Part shown: positions 61,214 through 64,000 of the stretch, one piece after another
How the letters are laid out: each line of letters opens with the position of its first letter
Position numbering within the stretch: the first letter of the stretch is position 1
NCBI RefSeq assembly: GCF_000024405.1
Contig: NC_013517.1
Span: 2,757,989-2,821,988 of the forward strand
DNA from: Sebaldella termitidis ATCC 33386
GTDB lineage: Bacteria > Fusobacteriota > Fusobacteriia > Fusobacteriales > Leptotrichiaceae
Direction of reading: 5' to 3'
DNA length: 64,000 nt
Made by a program: the position numbers and the translations under genes
Notes under the pieces: generated by a model
Told to the model about the DNA's origin: nothing
Database searches by the model: none
Seen by the model: only the letters and a program-made list of their open reading frames with translations

Positions 61214-64000
61214 TTAAAATATTGCTTTTAATGTTATTCCTGCTCTGTATTCATCCTGATTATGCTCCCCTAATTTATATTCACCAGTTACAAATACACC
61301 GTATCTGTCTTCTATTTCCACTCCGATACTTGCTTTTGTCCTTAACTGTCCTTTATCATCGGCAGGCTTAGCCAGTTTATGATAATCAGTCTCTACATTT
61401 ACAAGTTTCGCATATTCTCTTTCATTCAGATCTGCCAGTTCATATTCATAAGCGACATCAAGTGCTCCTTTTAATTTCCATGAATCTTTCGACCCCAAAG
61501 GTACGGCTGTTTTTAGCTCAAAACCAGCTTTCGGTTTTATGCTCCATGCATCATTCCCGTCCACCTGAAGTGCTTCAAGACCTGATTCACTGAATGACGG
61601 TCTGTTAATATACATAAGCTTTACTCCGCCGTATGGTGTAATGCTTGAATTTTTGCCAATTGAAAATTCTTTACCCAGATTATTGTCGCTTGTCACGCTA
61701 TATACCTGATAGTCACCTGTCATATTCGAGTTTTCTGAATTTGTCCAGTTTAGATTTCTATCTATATTATAAAAGCTTGCTCTTCCTGTAATATCATTTT
61801 TCAGTATCCAGTTATTAAAATTATAGTTATTGTGGAATCCCAGCTGCAGTGTATCTGCTTTTTCTTTACTGTTATTTCCGTCCTTCAGATCAAAATCAGT
61901 ATGTGCATATCCCAAAGAGTATCCGAATTTATGTCTGTAAGTTCTTTCCACTTCTCTCAAAGCCTGTATTCCCACAGTAGTATAATCATAATCCACTACT
62001 CCGTCAGTTTCTTCTTTTGATCTTCCTTTTCCTGTTATAACATTTAATTTTACATTTTCTTTTGTATTATTTTTAGAATCCTGCATTAAATTTAGTGAAT
62101 TTTCAAATATTTCGCCTATCGTTTCCTCTCTTTGATTCATATTCGCATATATGTCTCCCGCAAGATTAGACATTGTTTTTCTGAAATCCGGCTCTGTTTC
62201 TATTGTATCAATCTTGTCAAATATTAGTCCCGTATTACCGTTTGACCCTACATATTTTGTATCAAGAGCACGTCCAAAGTCTTCATACCATAATCCGCTT
62301 GTAAAATTATCATACGGAATTTTCTGCATCCATATATCTACTTTCCCGCTTGAGTTTAGAACAGGTGTTGCAGACCAAGTCAGAGATTTGCTTCTTACCT
62401 TTACCAGCCCTGAATTCGGTCCTCCGTCATCTGTCATCGGATTAAATACATCTTTCAGTTTATACACTTCAGCATGTGTGCCGGATGCAAATCCGCTTAA
62501 GATCCCTATAGGTTCCGATGTATCAAATGAAGGTGCATAGAATTTTACCGCATCGGATACAAAGTCTGCTCCCATATCCTCTGATAATGTCGGTGTGCTT
62601 ATTGTTTCAGGATTTACTTTTATTGATATATCTATACCGTTTAATTCAAAATTCTCGGATACATTTATTATTCCGCCGTTTACTATACTTGGAATCGGAT
62701 AATCTGTAGCACTTCCGTAGGAAACTGTCTCAGAACCTTCGGCACCTATACCGAGATTAATAATTCCCCCTGTATTATTGACAAGGTCTCCCCCGCCTTT
62801 TATGAGTATTCCCTGACTTTTTCCGGCGTTTATATTTATTACACCGTTATTTTCAAGAACCGAACCTATATTCAGGTAAACTCCCTGTGAAGATTCCCCG
62901 TTCATAGTTATTACTCCGTGATTTGTTACAGTCGAAAGTTTATTTGCGTATATTCCTATTGAATTTTGTCCGTTTAATGTTATATCACCAAAGTTTTCAA
63001 GCGTGCCTTTTTCTATAAAGAGTCCTATTGCCCCTTCTGCATCAGATGTGATATTTCCGTGGTTTTCTACACGTCCGCCCGAGCCGTAGACACCGATTCC
63101 GTAATATCCTACTTTTACATTTCCGCTGTTATATACATTTGAATTCTCTCCAAATATACCCACAGTATACTTATTCTTTTTCGTATCCATAAAATCATTT
63201 ATTACTGAATTCCCGAGTATTATTTCACCGGTATTTCTTACAGTTCCGTTTTGTGAATAAATACCTATATTGGCTGTTCCGGTAATACCGTTAATACTTC
63301 CGTTATTTTCTATATTTCCGCCATTTACCGTATAAAATCCTGTTATATCAGAACCATCCATTGTAATTCCGGCATTATTTTTAATATTTCCGGCTGAATC
63401 CCCGTAAACAAATACTGAATTATTTTTCAATGTTATTTCAGAATTATTTTCCAGCCCCGATCCGGATTTCAATGCATATCCGTAGCTGTTTTCCCCTGCT
63501 GTCAGCTTTCCGTTGCTTATTATACTTGTTCCGTTTAATGCGTAAATACCTGCTGCTTTATCATTTCCGACATTTATTTCTGAACCTGCATTTAATACGA
63601 TATTGGCTCTGTCACCATAAATACCTGTTCCGCTGCTGCCTGTCATTATCAGACCGCTTTGGTTTACAGTTCCGCCGTCGGCATAAATTCCCACAGAATT
63701 ATTTCCGGTTAATATATTTCCGGAATTCAGTATAGTATTTCCTGAAGCAGTACTGTAAATTCCTATTCCGGGATTATTTATATCTGATGAATTCCCTATT
63801 TTTATCGTTCCGTTATTTGTAATAGTTTTTACACCATTTCCTTTTACATAAATCCCTCTTGATTTATCGCCGTTTAGTTCTACAAGACCGTTATTTACAA
63901 GCTGAGCTGTCGCTGAACCGTCCATATATATACCTGCTGTTTCGGAAGCATTGCTTAATATTTTTCCATCAGCTGTATTTTCTGCAAAACTGCTCTCTGA
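61214..64000 (-). CDS. type Va autotransporter, 5'-partial (the ORF continues beyond the window end). G/N/I-rich passenger repeats (..GIY..G......N.G) and C-terminal beta-barrel ending ..GITLKAIF.
   Basis: Frame remains open and repeat-like upstream of the listed Met at 63925. Confidence 0.75.
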   Translation of the reverse strand, partial: SESSFAENTADGKILSNASETAGIYMDGSATAQLVNNGLVELNGDKSRGIYVKGNGVKTITNNGTIKIGNSSDINNPGIGIYSTASGNTILNSGNILTGNNSVGIYADGGTVNQSGLIMTGSSGTGIYGDRANIVLNAGSEINVGNDKAAGIYALNGTSIISNGKLTAGENSYGYALKSGSGLENNSEITLKNNSVFVYGDSAGNIKNNAGITMDGSDITGFYTVNGGNIENNGSINGITGTANIGIYSQNGTVRNTGEIILGNSVINDFMDTKKNKYTVGIFGENSNVYNSGNVKVGYYGIGVYGSGGRVENHGNITSDAEGAIGLFIEKGTLENFGDITLNGQNSIGIYANKLSTVTNHGVITMNGESSQGVYLNIGSVLENNGVININAGKSQGILIKGGGDLVNNTGGIINLGIGAEGSETVSYGSATDYPIPSIVNGGIINVSENFELNGIDISIKVNPETISTPTLSEDMGADFVSDAVKFYAPSFDTSEPIGILSGFASGTHAEVYKLKDVFNPMTDDGGPNSGLVKVRSKSLTWSATPVLNSSGKVDIWMQKIPYDNFTSGLWYEDFGRALDTKYVGSNGNTGLIFDKIDTIETEPDFRKTMSNLAGDIYANMNQREETIGEIFENSLNLMQDSKNNTKENVKLNVITGKGRSKEETDGVVDYDYTTVGIQALREVERTYRHKFGYSLGYAHTDFDLKDGNNSKEKADTLQLGFHNNYNFNNWILKNDITGRASFYNIDRNLNWTNSENSNMTGDYQVYSVTSDNNLGKEFSIGKNSSITPYGGVKLMYINRPSFSESGLEALQVDGNDAWSIKPKAGFELKTAVPLGSKDSWKLKGALDVAYEYELADLNEREYAKLVNVETDYHKLAKPADDKGQLRTKASIGVEIEDRYGVFVTGEYKLGEHNQDEYRAGITLKAIF

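Noticed and set aside
1-64000. CRISPR arrays, rRNA genes and intact IS/transposase genes
   Set aside because: No regularly spaced direct repeats with unique spacers were found. No rRNA-like conserved blocks. No transposase-like ORF or terminal inverted repeats recognised.

Overview
AT-rich (~27-30% GC) chromosomal segment. Gene content looks Fusobacterium-like by inference: many type Va autotransporters, DKNYY-family lipoproteins and FtsH/TilS/HprK housekeeping genes. The most interesting region is 1-11.5 kb. It holds a two-partner secretion (TpsB-TpsA) locus whose ~2300-aa filamentous-hemagglutinin-like exoprotein ends in a short, compositionally distinct C-terminal domain and is followed by an immunity-like gene. 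This is a contact-dependent-inhibition/polymorphic-toxin-like architecture. Downstream are orphan modules: a start-less toxin-CT fragment, a frameshifted ankyrin-repeat gene, DUF2185-like mini-ORFs and a ~100-bp direct repeat. tpsA itself is split by a frameshift at an A5 tract, which suggests either phase variation or a homopolymer sequencing error. Other notable items are listed here. A tRNA-Gly(UCC) is followed by a ~600-bp degenerate region. An HprK of double length (605 aa) contains a degenerate first kinase module. Two paralogous SPFH/band-7 proteins with a repeated N-terminal extension lie 11 kb apart. An orphan TolC-HlyD pair is present. An immunity-like cluster (DKNYY, DUF4241, SUFU+DUF2185) lies next to a 1068-aa autotransporter. 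A 740-bp intergenic island (44.6-45.4 kb) carries a promoter, palindromes, a GC-rich hairpin region and a tRNA 3'-end-like fragment. The remainder is housekeeping: nrnA, mtnN, pncA, folC, ftsH, tilS, spoIID, mltG, ychF, rplU-prp-rpmA, MATE and SDR genes. No CRISPR array, rRNA or intact IS element was recognised.
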